A DNA stretch of 64,000 bases. Origin: an uncultured Candidatus Saccharibacteria bacterium (GTDB lineage Bacteria > Patescibacteriota > Minisyncoccia > Phycocordibacterales > UBA1006). This document shows, one piece after another, positions 9,444-18,486 of the stretch. Below the pieces are notes generated by a model. It saw only the letters and a program-made list of their open reading frames with translations. It was not told the DNA's origin and did not search any database. The stretch lies in assembly GCA_964464735.1 (NCBI GenBank), contig CAYXKF010000002.1, forward strand, positions 3,833 to 67,832, in the 5' to 3' direction. Made by a program: the position numbers and the translations under genes. The first letter of the stretch is position 1. Each line of letters opens with the position of its first letter.

Positions 9444-9872
9444 TTAAATGGTGATCTCGCGTGATACGACTGATACCTTTACTGGAAGTTTTGCTCCTGC
9501 CTTGCGAAGTGCTTCACGTGCGATCGCTTCGGTAACGTTATCAACTTCAAACAACAATCGCCCTGGCTTTACTTCAAAGCAAAAACCTTTCGGGTCTCCT
9601 TTACCTGAACCCATGGGAGTTTCGGCACCCTTTTGGGTAACTGGTCGGTCAGGAAAGACGCGAATCCAGTAGGTTCCGTTTTTACCAAGAGTTCGAGAAA
9701 CAACCTTGCGGGCAGCTTCAATTTGGTTTGAGGTAATGCGTGAACCAGTTGTTGCTTTTAGACCAAACGAACCATACGAAAGTTTCATGCCGCGGGTTTC
9801 GACAGTTTTCTTTGACTCATTGCGTCGGGCAGATTGCCATTTTCGATGTTTTACCTTCTTTGGAAACAACAT
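9444..9872 (-). CDS. rplP: 50S ribosomal protein L16
   Basis: MLFPKKVKHRK, WIRVFPD and MGSGKG. Confidence 0.98.
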   Translation of the reverse strand: MLFPKKVKHRKWQSARRNESKKTVETRGMKLSYGSFGLKATTGSRITSNQIEAARKVVSRTLGKNGTYWIRVFPDRPVTQKGAETPMGSGKGDPKGFCFEVKPGRLLFEVDNVTEAIAREALRKAGAKLPVKVSVVSREITI

Positions 9873-9877
9873 AAGCC

Positions 9878-10552
9878 TTATTTATTGTTGCGCATCTCGT
9901 TTTCAAGCGAGTCGCCCTTGTAAATCCAAACCTTGATACCAATGTCGCCATAGGTCATGTGTGCCTTGTCAGTCGCGTAATCAATATCGGCGCGCATAAA
10001 CTGAAGCGGGATCCCGCCAAGCTTAAGCTCTTCTGAGCGTGCCATATCGGCACCGCCAAGACGACCAGTCATGTACAATTTAACACCCTTTACGCCACGA
10101 ACAGCCATAACTTTTTCGGCAGTCTGCTTCATCACAGGACGAAACGGCATGCGCTTTTCAAGAGCTTCAGCGATCATGTGCGCGACGATCTTTGCATTTG
10201 ATTCAGGTTCTGGAACATCAAGAATATCAATCTTAAGGTCTTGTGGAACTGGAATATCATGCTTCTTCATGAAAGCAAGGATGTCTTTTTTAAGTGCGTT
10301 TGCACCATCGCCACTGCGGCCAATGATCATACCTGGTCGAGAAGTCTTAATAAGGATACGTGTTGACTTTTGGTTGCGTTCGAATTCGATATCAGCAACA
10401 TAGTTTGCACGAAGCTTTTTTTCAAGGTATTCGCGCAATAAAACATCGCCTTTTAATAGGTCGTTGTACTTTTTACCTTTAGCAAACCATCGTGACTTCC
10501 AGTCGCGAAGGATGATAAGGCGTGCTGCATATGGATGGACAATCTTTGACAT
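9878..10552 (-). CDS. rpsC: 30S ribosomal protein S3
   Basis: RPGMIIGRSG, GRLGGADMAR and RADIDY. Confidence 0.98.
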   Translation of the reverse strand: MSKIVHPYAARLIILRDWKSRWFAKGKKYNDLLKGDVLLREYLEKKLRANYVADIEFERNQKSTRILIKTSRPGMIIGRSGDGANALKKDILAFMKKHDIPVPQDLKIDILDVPEPESNAKIVAHMIAEALEKRMPFRPVMKQTAEKVMAVRGVKGVKLYMTGRLGGADMARSEELKLGGIPLQFMRADIDYATDKAHMTYGDIGIKVWIYKGDSLENEMRNNK

Positions 10553-10557
10553 AAAAA

Positions 10558-10992
10558 TTATTTAGCTGCTTTTTTAGTTCGCTTAGCAGGAGCCTTAGGG
10601 GCTGCCTCTTTTTTCGACGCGGTAACGGCTTTTACTGCCTTTGCCTTTGAAACCTTAGTGCCTTCGCGGACATCAGCAAGTACGACATGCACTTGCGCTG
10701 TTCGCTTGTTGATACGCGAAGCAGATCCGCGTGCGCGAGGCATAATGCGCTTCATGACAATTCCTTTGTTTACGGTAATTGACTTAACGACAAGCATATC
10801 AACTGGAACGCCTTGGTTATGCGAAGCATTTGCCGCAGCCGAATGAATCAGCTTGGCAATCGGATCGCTTGCACGCTTAACAGTAAAGCCTAATGCAATC
10901 AATGCATCAGGAACACGCTTACCCTTAACGGTATTTGCAACAACGCGGACTTTGCGTGGTGATTGTCGGTAGTTTTTAAGAAAAGCTTCCAT
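10558..10992 (-). CDS. rplV: 50S ribosomal protein L22 with K/A-rich tail
   Basis: RQSPRKVR, SAAANA and PRARG. Confidence 0.97.
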   Translation of the reverse strand: MEAFLKNYRQSPRKVRVVANTVKGKRVPDALIALGFTVKRASDPIAKLIHSAAANASHNQGVPVDMLVVKSITVNKGIVMKRIMPRARGSASRINKRTAQVHVVLADVREGTKVSKAKAVKAVTASKKEAAPKAPAKRTKKAAK

Positions 10993-11001
10993 ATATCAAT
11001 A

Positions 11002-11358
11002 TTATTTCTTAGCTGCGGCCTTAGGGTCGGCAGTTGCGGCTTTGGCAGCCTTAGCTGCTGCAATGTCAGCTTCCTTGGCTTTTTGGTCGATATCTTTTTG
11101 CATCTTACCTCCGTGTCGGTGGAAAGTCTTAGTTGGAGCGAATTCACCCAGGCGGTGACCGATCATGTCTTCGGTAACTAAAACAGGAATGTGCTTTTTA
11201 CCGTTATAAACGCCAAAAGTAAAACCAACCATTTCAGGGCTGATTTGGCACGCGCGGTACCACGTCTTAATAACCCCCGTTTCTTGAGGCTTTTTGCCGG
11301 CGATCTTCTTTAGAAGTCGGGCAAGAATGTATGGTCCTTTGTATAGTGAGCGTGTCAT
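11002..11358 (-). CDS. rpsS: 30S ribosomal protein S19 with K/A-rich tail
   Basis: [10 protein letters not shown] and [12 protein letters not shown]. Confidence 0.97.
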   Translation of the reverse strand: MTRSLYKGPYILARLLKKIAGKKPQETGVIKTWYRACQISPEMVGFTFGVYNGKKHIPVLVTEDMIGHRLGEFAPTKTFHRHGGKMQKDIDQKAKEADIAAAKAAKAATADPKAAAKK

Positions 11359-11402
11359 ATCTTTTTGCAATAAAAAGAGCTCGGTAATGAGCTACGAGCG
11401 CT

Positions 11403-11431
11403 ATACTATATCAACGACCCTTAAATGTCAA
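11403..11431 (-). promoter_or_regulatory. Sigma70-type promoter for the rpsS-led ribosomal block
   Basis: TTGACA (11431-11426), 17-bp spacer, TAGTAT (11408-11403). Confidence 0.75.
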
Positions 11432-11473
11432 ATACTGCTTAGTTTTCCGACGCTTGCCAAAAAAGCTTATATT

Positions 11474-12358
11474 TTACTTGCTACGTATGGCGTTTTTGCC
11501 ATCCAGGGCATATACGATGGTTCCGTCGGTTTGGGTCGAAATTGGCGTAATACCAAGTGCCTTCACAAAAGAGATAATTTCGGGTGCCGGATGATTATAT
11601 TTATTACCCCGCCCCGCCGACACAATGGCAACATCAGGCGACACTGCACGCAAAAACTCGACCGAACTGGATGTTTTTGACCCATGGTGGCCAAGTTTTA
11701 AAACATCAGCATCGACAACTGAAGGCTGGTACAGCGAAACTATTTGATGTTCATTTTGCCGCGACGCATCGCCGGTAAGCATGACTGAAGAATTACCATA
11801 CACCAGCTTTGCAACGATCGAATGCTCGTTGGTATCAGAAAATGCAGTGTCAATAAATGGATGCAGGATATCTAAATAAATTCCGCGCTGGTCATCAAGT
11901 ATCACGCGCATGCCCGCAAGCGCTTCAAGCTGTTCTTCAGTATCAAGTTCGGCAATTAAACTTGTCCAAGCACCCGAATCCCCTTTAATATTGCCTGGCT
12001 CCATAAAACGCTTGACCTTATAGTCGCGTAACACATCAACTAGGCCCGCGATATGATCACTATCAGGATGCGTTGCAATAACTAAATCGATCGAATGGTC
12101 AAAAAGCGGCATAGTGCCCCTCAGTCGTTGCAAGACCGATGCGTCAGGAACGCCATCAATTAAAATTTGCACTCCATTAGGTGCTTCGATAAATATTGCA
12201 TCGCCCTGCCCTATGTCAAAAAACGACACAGAGAGCATGTCGGATGAATTAAGTTTTTGATGCATACCAAAAGCAGCAATGCATGCGACTAGGGTAAAAA
12301 TAAAAAGAACAATCAGCGAACCGAACAGGACAAATGTTGTATTTATGACGCGAGCCAT
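11474..12358 (-). CDS. Stand-alone ComEC/Rec2-type metallo-beta-lactamase-fold protein
   Basis: FFDIGQGDA, THPDSDHIAG, LTGDA, LKLGHHGS and YNHP. Confidence 0.9.
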   Translation of the reverse strand: MARVINTTFVLFGSLIVLFIFTLVACIAAFGMHQKLNSSDMLSVSFFDIGQGDAIFIEAPNGVQILIDGVPDASVLQRLRGTMPLFDHSIDLVIATHPDSDHIAGLVDVLRDYKVKRFMEPGNIKGDSGAWTSLIAELDTEEQLEALAGMRVILDDQRGIYLDILHPFIDTAFSDTNEHSIVAKLVYGNSSVMLTGDASRQNEHQIVSLYQPSVVDADVLKLGHHGSKTSSSVEFLRAVSPDVAIVSAGRGNKYNHPAPEIISFVKALGITPISTQTDGTIVYALDGKNAIRSK

Positions 12359-12918
12359 TCTTTGTATGCGGTGATAATTTTCTCTACGACCGTATCAAGA
12401 TTGTTTTCAGAAAGACCGGTATCAATCACAAGATCATATTGCGAAATGTCGCTCATATCGACATCATATAGATTCTTATACCGCTGCGTATCACGCTCAA
12501 GACGGCTGATTATTTTTGCCTTCAATTCTTGAGGAGTCTCGATACGATCTTCACTTTGCGAACGCAGTGGGTCGTTTTTCATACTTTCAAGAATACGTCC
12601 AACTGCAATATTAGGATCAAGATCAAGATATACCTTAAACGAATCAGGAATCCAAAAAAAGCCCAAACGCGAATCAAGTACTAACTTTTCTTCGTTGCCA
12701 CAATCACGAACCATCTGGTCGGTCTCGCGATCAGCCTCGGGGTGCGTTTCGGCGTAGACCATATATTCGGCAATTCCCATATTATGGCGCAATGCTCCGG
12801 CGCGCTGAAAGTCTCCAGATGATTTGTGAGTATATCCAAGCAGTGCAGCAATACGTTTTCCGGCACTACTTTTGCCGCTTCCATTCTTGCCATTGATGGT
12901 AATAATGGTTTTTTTCAT
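12343..12918 (-). CDS. cmk: Cytidylate kinase, archaeal-type (AAA/NMP kinase)
   Basis: ITINGKNGSGKS, VLDSRLG and YDLVIDT. Confidence 0.8.
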   Translation of the reverse strand: MKKTIITINGKNGSGKSSAGKRIAALLGYTHKSSGDFQRAGALRHNMGIAEYMVYAETHPEADRETDQMVRDCGNEEKLVLDSRLGFFWIPDSFKVYLDLDPNIAVGRILESMKNDPLRSQSEDRIETPQELKAKIISRLERDTQRYKNLYDVDMSDISQYDLVIDTGLSENNLDTVVEKIITAYKEWLAS

Positions 12919-13089
12919 ATGGCGCGAGTATACCGTATTTTGTGATACAATGCATTATTATCCATTTATTTCATATATTGGTATTACTATTTTGAGAAGT
13001 TTTCAGCTGGTAACAGGTTGTCACTTAGCAAAACTCAAAAGTTATGTTCTGAAAACTGCGAGAAATAGTAATGCAAACTCAACACCATT

Positions 13090-13671
13090 ATGATAACCGA
13101 AAAAACATTTTCATTCCCTTCCGACCTAAAAGGCATCTCACAAGAAACCATGGCCGAGCATCTAAAGCTCTATGCTGGTTATGTAAAACACGCAAATTTA
13201 GCATTGGCGCATATTGAAGAATTAAGTAAAGATGTTGAAAAAAATACCTACGAAATTGGCGAACTGTCACGCCGCTTTAGTTTTGAATACAATGGCATCA
13301 AGAACCACGAATATTATTTTGAGCAGCTTGAAAACGGTGCACACCCACTTACTACTGGCAGCGCACTTGAAATAAAGATCAATAACCAGTGGGGATCCTT
13401 CGACCAATGGCTTACCGCATTTAAACTTTTGACAAAAACCCGCGGTATCGGCTGGGCAGTTTTGTATTACGATAGAGACCGCGACATGCTTTTTAACGTC
13501 TGGGTCGACGAACAGCATCTGGGTCACCTAAATAGTTGCCAATTTATTTTTGGTATCGATATGTGGGAACATTCGTACGTAAAAGATTACCTTCCCAGCG
13601 GCAAGGCAAAATATATTGATGAATACATCGAACAAGTAAATTGGGGTGTTGTTGAAAAACGAATGGCGTAA
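13090..13671 (+). CDS. Fe/Mn superoxide dismutase family (ChrC-like subtype)
   Basis: EHLKLYAGYV, NHEYYF, RGIGWA and DMWEHSY. Confidence 0.88.
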   Translation: MITEKTFSFPSDLKGISQETMAEHLKLYAGYVKHANLALAHIEELSKDVEKNTYEIGELSRRFSFEYNGIKNHEYYFEQLENGAHPLTTGSALEIKINNQWGSFDQWLTAFKLLTKTRGIGWAVLYYDRDRDMLFNVWVDEQHLGHLNSCQFIFGIDMWEHSYVKDYLPSGKAKYIDEYIEQVNWGVVEKRMA

Positions 13672-13672
13672 C

Positions 13673-13703
13673 AAAAAAGCCGGACCTATGGTCCGGCTTT
13701 TTT
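13673..13703. terminator. Bidirectional terminator between sod and the surface operon
   Basis: AAAAAAGCCGGACC-TAT-GGTCCGGCTTTTTT. Confidence 0.88.
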
Positions 13704-14496
13704 AATGCTCATGCGGTGGACGCGTATGGCGCTTGACCCACATTGCCAAATGAATGACATAGATCGAAAGGAATATCAGTGCGACCGTAAGGACAATAAT
13801 TGCAATCAGCGCGAACTTGGTAAACGATATCAGCATCGCCATTTGCGTTACCAACTGCTGGAATGCCAGTTCAGTCGGTGTTGGGCCTTGTGGTATTTGT
13901 ACGACGGGGACAGTAAAGACACCTTCGCTCTCGGTTACAACCGGCTTTGTTTCTTCAACCGGTGTCGGCTTAGATGGCACAATAACCGCAGGCTTTAATG
14001 TGTAAGTTCCGGTACCATAGGTGCGCAATACATCGCTTCCGGTTCCATCGTTTGCCAATACTGCACCGCTCGTGAACGCCAATTCGGCAGTTCCTGTTTT
14101 TTTAACCCTAAAGGTAACTTTAAAAAGTTCGCCGCTGTTTCCCTGAAAACCACCAATTGCTACTCCTTCAAAGTTAATGACACCGTCAGACGTACGCACT
14201 GTTGGGCCCGCCGCGCCGGGTGGAAGCCACTGGTCGATGATCGAATTTGATTTTGATGACGAGACATATTCAAGCATCTCGCGCGGATAACGGATCGTGC
14301 CTGAAAAGGCATTTACTGACGCATCAGTACTTGAAGTAACAACCGAGACCGTAAACGTCTTTCCTACCTCGAAACTTCCTGATGACGGCGAAAAACCAAG
14401 CGATGCCGCAAAGGCGCTGCCTGGAAACAACAACACCGCTGCAACAAATCCAGCTGCGATTACTGACGATGAAAGAATGTTACGAAAGATTTTCAT
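13702..14496 (-). CDS. Membrane-anchored cohesin-domain protein
   Basis: Signal peptide; SPSSGSFEVGKTFTVSV..VNAFSGTIRYP..L..G..GELFKVTFRVKKTGTA..GAVLANDG.G; P-rich linker; C-terminal TM. Confidence 0.75.
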   Translation of the reverse strand: MKIFRNILSSSVIAAGFVAAVLLFPGSAFAASLGFSPSSGSFEVGKTFTVSVVTSSTDASVNAFSGTIRYPREMLEYVSSSKSNSIIDQWLPPGAAGPTVRTSDGVINFEGVAIGGFQGNSGELFKVTFRVKKTGTAELAFTSGAVLANDGTGSDVLRTYGTGTYTLKPAVIVPSKPTPVEETKPVVTESEGVFTVPVVQIPQGPTPTELAFQQLVTQMAMLISFTKFALIAIIVLTVALIFLSIYVIHLAMWVKRHTRPPHEH

Positions 14497-15394
14497 GACG
14501 CTTCAGTGCTTTTCGTATTATCGCATAGGCGAACACGATTGCAACGGTAGCGAGCAACGCGATAACCGCAAACGATCGAATGCGAATTGCATTTGGAAGT
14601 TTGGTTTTAGTAACGGTCTGATTACCCGCTTGGTCGACTGCTTTTACCAACACCGAAAATGCACTATATGGCTGACGAAGTTTGTATGGACTTGTTGCGA
14701 CACGCCACGTAAGCAGATTTTCTTTTACTTCGAAGTGTTCGATGCCCGAACCCTGATCAGAGGCGTCAAACAAAACCGTAAGATGCCCATCAAAAAGATT
14801 TTCATCTTGCACTATGATCGGCATCATCATAACTGGCTGCACAGTATCATTGATTGCATATTCTTTAGGCACCAACTTTGCATCTGCGCGTATCGGAAAT
14901 GCAGCCATGCGCACAGTGGCAGCACTTCCAGCACCATCGTGCACCAACAACTGTGCATCCTTGATTTCAATCATTCCCGCGCCGGCGTTGGTTGCCTTAA
15001 GGATAAGCCGAACTACACGGCCCGGAAGAATATTTTTTGGCGACCGCGGATCAATGAGACCCGAAAACCCGCCAGGGACAATGCCTGAAAGCCTTACTGC
15101 ATTTCCCGACACACTGGCGCGTGAAATCCATGTAGGAACAATCGAATCATTATCAAGCGACCGTACAAAAGTAAAATTCTGAGGGATCGAAACTGCAAGC
15201 GAAATTGCATTAATATTTTGATTTTCAGGATCAAGCATGACATCAACAGCGAACTCTTGGCCAATGTGCACAGCTTGGGTATTTGACTGCAAAAAAAGTT
15301 CGGCCGCATGCACCCCCGGTGCTGCGAAAAACAGCGCAGCAATAACAAGCGTCATAAAAATGTATGCAGAAATTTTTATAAGGGTATGATTCAT
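14480..15394 (-). CDS. Membrane-anchored cohesin-domain plus Ig-like protein
   Basis: Signal peptide; GQEFAVDVMLD..INAI..SGIVPGGFSG..LLVHDGAG; Ig module D..SGIEHFEVKE..VKAVDQAGN; C-terminal TM. Confidence 0.72.
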   Translation of the reverse strand: MNHTLIKISAYIFMTLVIAALFFAAPGVHAAELFLQSNTQAVHIGQEFAVDVMLDPENQNINAISLAVSIPQNFTFVRSLDNDSIVPTWISRASVSGNAVRLSGIVPGGFSGLIDPRSPKNILPGRVVRLILKATNAGAGMIEIKDAQLLVHDGAGSAATVRMAAFPIRADAKLVPKEYAINDTVQPVMMMPIIVQDENLFDGHLTVLFDASDQGSGIEHFEVKENLLTWRVATSPYKLRQPYSAFSVLVKAVDQAGNQTVTKTKLPNAIRIRSFAVIALLATVAIVFAYAIIRKALKRHENLS

Positions 15395-15398
15395 ATAA

Positions 15399-16298
15399 TT
15401 ATCCGGTCCAATAATATGCAAGGATCGAGAAATCAACCAGCGAAACACTGCCATTGTGATTAAGGTCGATATGCGCCGGCACACCTGGTTTATTGTACCA
15501 AAATGCCATGATTGAAAAATCGACAATATTCACCCTCCCGTCGCAATTAAGGTCGCCAACAAGCGCGGCGCATGAATCAAGAGGGAGTGTTTCGGTTCCT
15601 ACATTAAATTGTACGATTTTTCCGTACGGGCTTACCTCAGCCGGCAGTACCGTTTTTGATTTCGTCTCGTGTCCACCCACCTCAAGCGGTGAAGTATCAA
15701 GCGTCAGCAAATAAGCACCTGACGTGTCGGTAGGGACCGAATGGAATGTCTCGATGGCCGAATGCACCGAGATCACGACGCTTTGGTTCGGGACGCTTTG
15801 ACCAAAAATAGTCAGGTTATCGCCTTGTTTGACCGTCGACTTATCAACTGCAATGGTTGGCGATAAAAATATCCCCGAAACGTCGGTGGTAACATTACTG
15901 GTTACCATGATCGAGAATGAGATACTTTCAGAATTGCGACCATTGGCATCAGTACTGTATACCGAAAAATTGTAATTATGTTCGGATAAATCAGAAAGCG
16001 TCACGTCAAAATGCGCATCGGGTCCACTAATTGTGGTAATTGCAACTTGACCGTTTTTTAAGATGCTTACTTTTGAAAAAGGATACGCACGGCCAGAAAA
16101 ATTCACGCTGGCGTTCCCACCCGAACCTTGGCCCGCACCTCCCCCTCCTCCTCCGCCACCGCCCCCACCTCCGGATCCAGGGCTATTTACCTGCGCAGAA
16201 ATTGAAAGGTTTTGCAAATCAGTAATGGCCAAGGTGCCGTGTGCGTACACGAAAGTGCCTATCACCAGAAGCGTAGTAAGAAAAAATACCGGCTTCAT
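15399..16298 (-). CDS. Secreted Ig-like protein with poly-Gly linker and C-terminal dockerin
   Basis: Duplicated EF-hand-like dockerin motif GDLNCDGRVNIVDFSIM / DLNHNGSVSLVDFSIL. Confidence 0.82.
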   Translation of the reverse strand: MKPVFFLTTLLVIGTFVYAHGTLAITDLQNLSISAQVNSPGSGGGGGGGGGGGGAGQGSGGNASVNFSGRAYPFSKVSILKNGQVAITTISGPDAHFDVTLSDLSEHNYNFSVYSTDANGRNSESISFSIMVTSNVTTDVSGIFLSPTIAVDKSTVKQGDNLTIFGQSVPNQSVVISVHSAIETFHSVPTDTSGAYLLTLDTSPLEVGGHETKSKTVLPAEVSPYGKIVQFNVGTETLPLDSCAALVGDLNCDGRVNIVDFSIMAFWYNKPGVPAHIDLNHNGSVSLVDFSILAYYWTG

Positions 16299-16307
16299 AA
16301 TAGTGCC

Positions 16308-17327
16308 TTACACTTGAGGCGGAAGATCGCCCGACTGCATCAAAGATTGTCGTGCCTGATTGATCACCCAGCGATTATAACGCCTAATGAGTGTTCGCAA
16401 GATCGTAAACAAAAGAACGATTGCAATAATAAGCACAAGCAATAATTGCCATGGGAAAACATACACCGCGGTATGTGCGGTCAGTTCACCCTGCACTTCG
16501 CTATACGTTACCAAAAGTTTTGCGCTATATCGCCCAAATGCAAAATGCTTCCACTGGTAGCCAACCGTGTTAAAAAATCCGGTAGTTGATGCTTCGCGTG
16601 CATGCTTTTTGCTATCCCATGCAACTTCAAATTTGCGAATGGTGCCAAGCGGCAACACATTTCCTTGTCCTGGGTTTGCATCAAGTTTTTGCGAAGTGAT
16701 GCCAATCATATTTTTTACGGTAATTGTCCCAGTTGGGCTTATGCGGTCACTTCCGCCATTTTGGAAACGGTAGGTAAAGTTAACTGGAAGCGAAGTGTAC
16801 AAACGCTTTTCAGGTTTAAAATCAAGCAGCGATGCACCTTCGGCAATCTCGCCATTAACGCGAAGCAGCACCAGCGTACCTACTTTATAGCCAATCGAAA
16901 CTTGTCCATTATTTTGCGCTTCTGGCGCAGTCGTGCTTAAAAAAACGCCGGCGAAGTATCCTCCAGCACGCGCGTCGGCCGGTACTGGAATCACGATGCG
17001 CACCACTTGCTGCTCGCCCGCGGCAAGCGAAATACTGGTCGGTGCTTGGATCCACGATGCAAGGCCGGTCGTACTTTCGACAAAGTTTGGAGTGCCCGAT
17101 TCGCCCTGCGCCTCAAAGTTCGCCGTTGAAAAATAAAATGTCGCCGGAGCATCTTGGTCGTTGTATATCAACATGTCCCCTGTCACCACAGTGCCTGGGT
17201 CGCCAGCGACCTCGATCTTGCTTGATGTCGTTAATGCCTTAGCCGCGTACGGAAAAAATACGCACAGCATAAGCAAAGCGACAAGAATAGTTATTGCGTA
17301 TCGATATCGATAAGTCATGCTAAGCAT
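16308..17327 (-). CDS. DUF916/DUF3324-like (WxL-interacting-protein-like) membrane-anchored protein
   Basis: Signal peptide; LASWI..ISLAAGEQ..IPVPADARAGGYFAG..VG.LVLLRVNG; FQNGG..P.G.I; FGRYSAKL; C-terminal TM plus basic tail. Confidence 0.7.
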   Translation of the reverse strand: MLSMTYRYRYAITILVALLMLCVFFPYAAKALTTSSKIEVAGDPGTVVTGDMLIYNDQDAPATFYFSTANFEAQGESGTPNFVESTTGLASWIQAPTSISLAAGEQQVVRIVIPVPADARAGGYFAGVFLSTTAPEAQNNGQVSIGYKVGTLVLLRVNGEIAEGASLLDFKPEKRLYTSLPVNFTYRFQNGGSDRISPTGTITVKNMIGITSQKLDANPGQGNVLPLGTIRKFEVAWDSKKHAREASTTGFFNTVGYQWKHFAFGRYSAKLLVTYSEVQGELTAHTAVYVFPWQLLLVLIIAIVLLFTILRTLIRRYNRWVINQARQSLMQSGDLPPQV

Positions 17328-17336
17328 GGAATGCTA

Positions 17337-18380
17337 TTAAAAGTTTGCCGTCGCGACGTACGTAAGGGCTGCGGTATAACTTCCGGCTTCGGTCGTTGGT
17401 GCAATATTGGCAATATAGTGAAGCGAATAAGTTGACGTACCGGTTGCACTTGAACCGGTTGCAAACGTTGCTGCAGTGCTGGCATTGGCATCATAACCAA
17501 AGGCTGGTGTCGCGTTGTCAGAATAGGTTGCATCAATTGAGGCACCGGTACCACCTGATACCGTCGCATAAATACCAAATTGTTCGCTGCCTGTTGTTGA
17601 AGCCGCAGGGGTTGAACCGTTAGCAGTAATGGTATTAAGCCCCGAGGTAAGCGTCGCGCCTTGGACAGTAATAGTATATCCCGAAGCACCGTTGGTTGCT
17701 ACGCCAAGGGTATGTGCAACAGTATCTGAACCGGTACCATTAGTGTCGCCTGTCGCATAGCGCGCAGCAGATGTTGAAAGCGTACCAAACCCAATCGAGT
17801 TATCCGAAATAGTAAATGTCAGTGTTTGTCCAACCGTTGCCGAAACCGCAACCACGTCATCGTCGACAATTGTTGTTGTGATTGTTCCAGAATCAGCAAA
17901 CGTACCGCCGCCAATGGTCACCGTATAACTTCCGGCAGTCGTTGGATTAGTAATTTGCTGGTCGCCAGTTGCGCCTTGCGTTGCATTAGTACCAATTTTA
18001 ATGCGCACCACCGAACCAGCGGCAATCGCGACGTTGCCGTTAGTAAACGTAATGACCGTCGATGATGTGCGCACTACACCCCATGTTGCACCCGACGGCG
18101 ACGCAGCAAGCGCCAACTGTACGCCATCATCAAGCAAATCAATATCAGTATCATCAAGTGCTCCGGGGATCGAATAGTCTGACTGAAAAGTAAGCACCAT
18201 GGTTTGCCCCGACGTAAGGCCGGTTGGTGTCGTAAAGGTAATATCGTGGTCTGAAAGCGTATTTTTTTTAACTGTTGACATCGTATCAGAAAGCGATGTT
18301 AGCGAAGCTGCGCTTACAAACGAAAACGGATACAACAAAATACTTGCAAAGATTGCAACTGCCGAGATTTTTTTAAACAT
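17337..18380 (-). CDS. Secreted two-domain WxL-like / pilin-like Ig-fold subunit
   Basis: Signal peptide; T/S/G/A-rich; ends TEAGSYTAALTYVATANF. Confidence 0.65.
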   Translation of the reverse strand: MFKKISAVAIFASILLYPFSFVSAASLTSLSDTMSTVKKNTLSDHDITFTTPTGLTSGQTMVLTFQSDYSIPGALDDTDIDLLDDGVQLALAASPSGATWGVVRTSSTVITFTNGNVAIAAGSVVRIKIGTNATQGATGDQQITNPTTAGSYTVTIGGGTFADSGTITTTIVDDDVVAVSATVGQTLTFTISDNSIGFGTLSTSAARYATGDTNGTGSDTVAHTLGVATNGASGYTITVQGATLTSGLNTITANGSTPAASTTGSEQFGIYATVSGGTGASIDATYSDNATPAFGYDANASTAATFATGSSATGTSTYSLHYIANIAPTTEAGSYTAALTYVATANF

Positions 18381-18486
18381 GGTGTAGATCATAGTGTTAC
18401 ATGCGCATACGCGCTGTGCTTTTTACAGAATACTTGCTTTATTCTTTCTTGTCATCTTTTTTATGGGGATAACGCGTGAACAAAAA

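Noticed and set aside
11090-11370. 13-nt repeat TGCAAAAAGATAT at the rpsS start and near its 3' end
   Set aside because: Short and A-rich; could be chance, and no mechanism is supported.
14297-15088. 263-aa plus-strand ORF
   Set aside because: Antisense shadow of two well-supported cohesin genes; no recognisable motifs. The same applies to 18515-19078, 33404-33997, 41446-42048 and 59417-59992.
16135-16175. Phase-variable G/C tract in the dockerin gene
   Set aside because: Mixed GGN codons encoding an in-frame poly-Gly linker; no long homopolymer and no frameshift.
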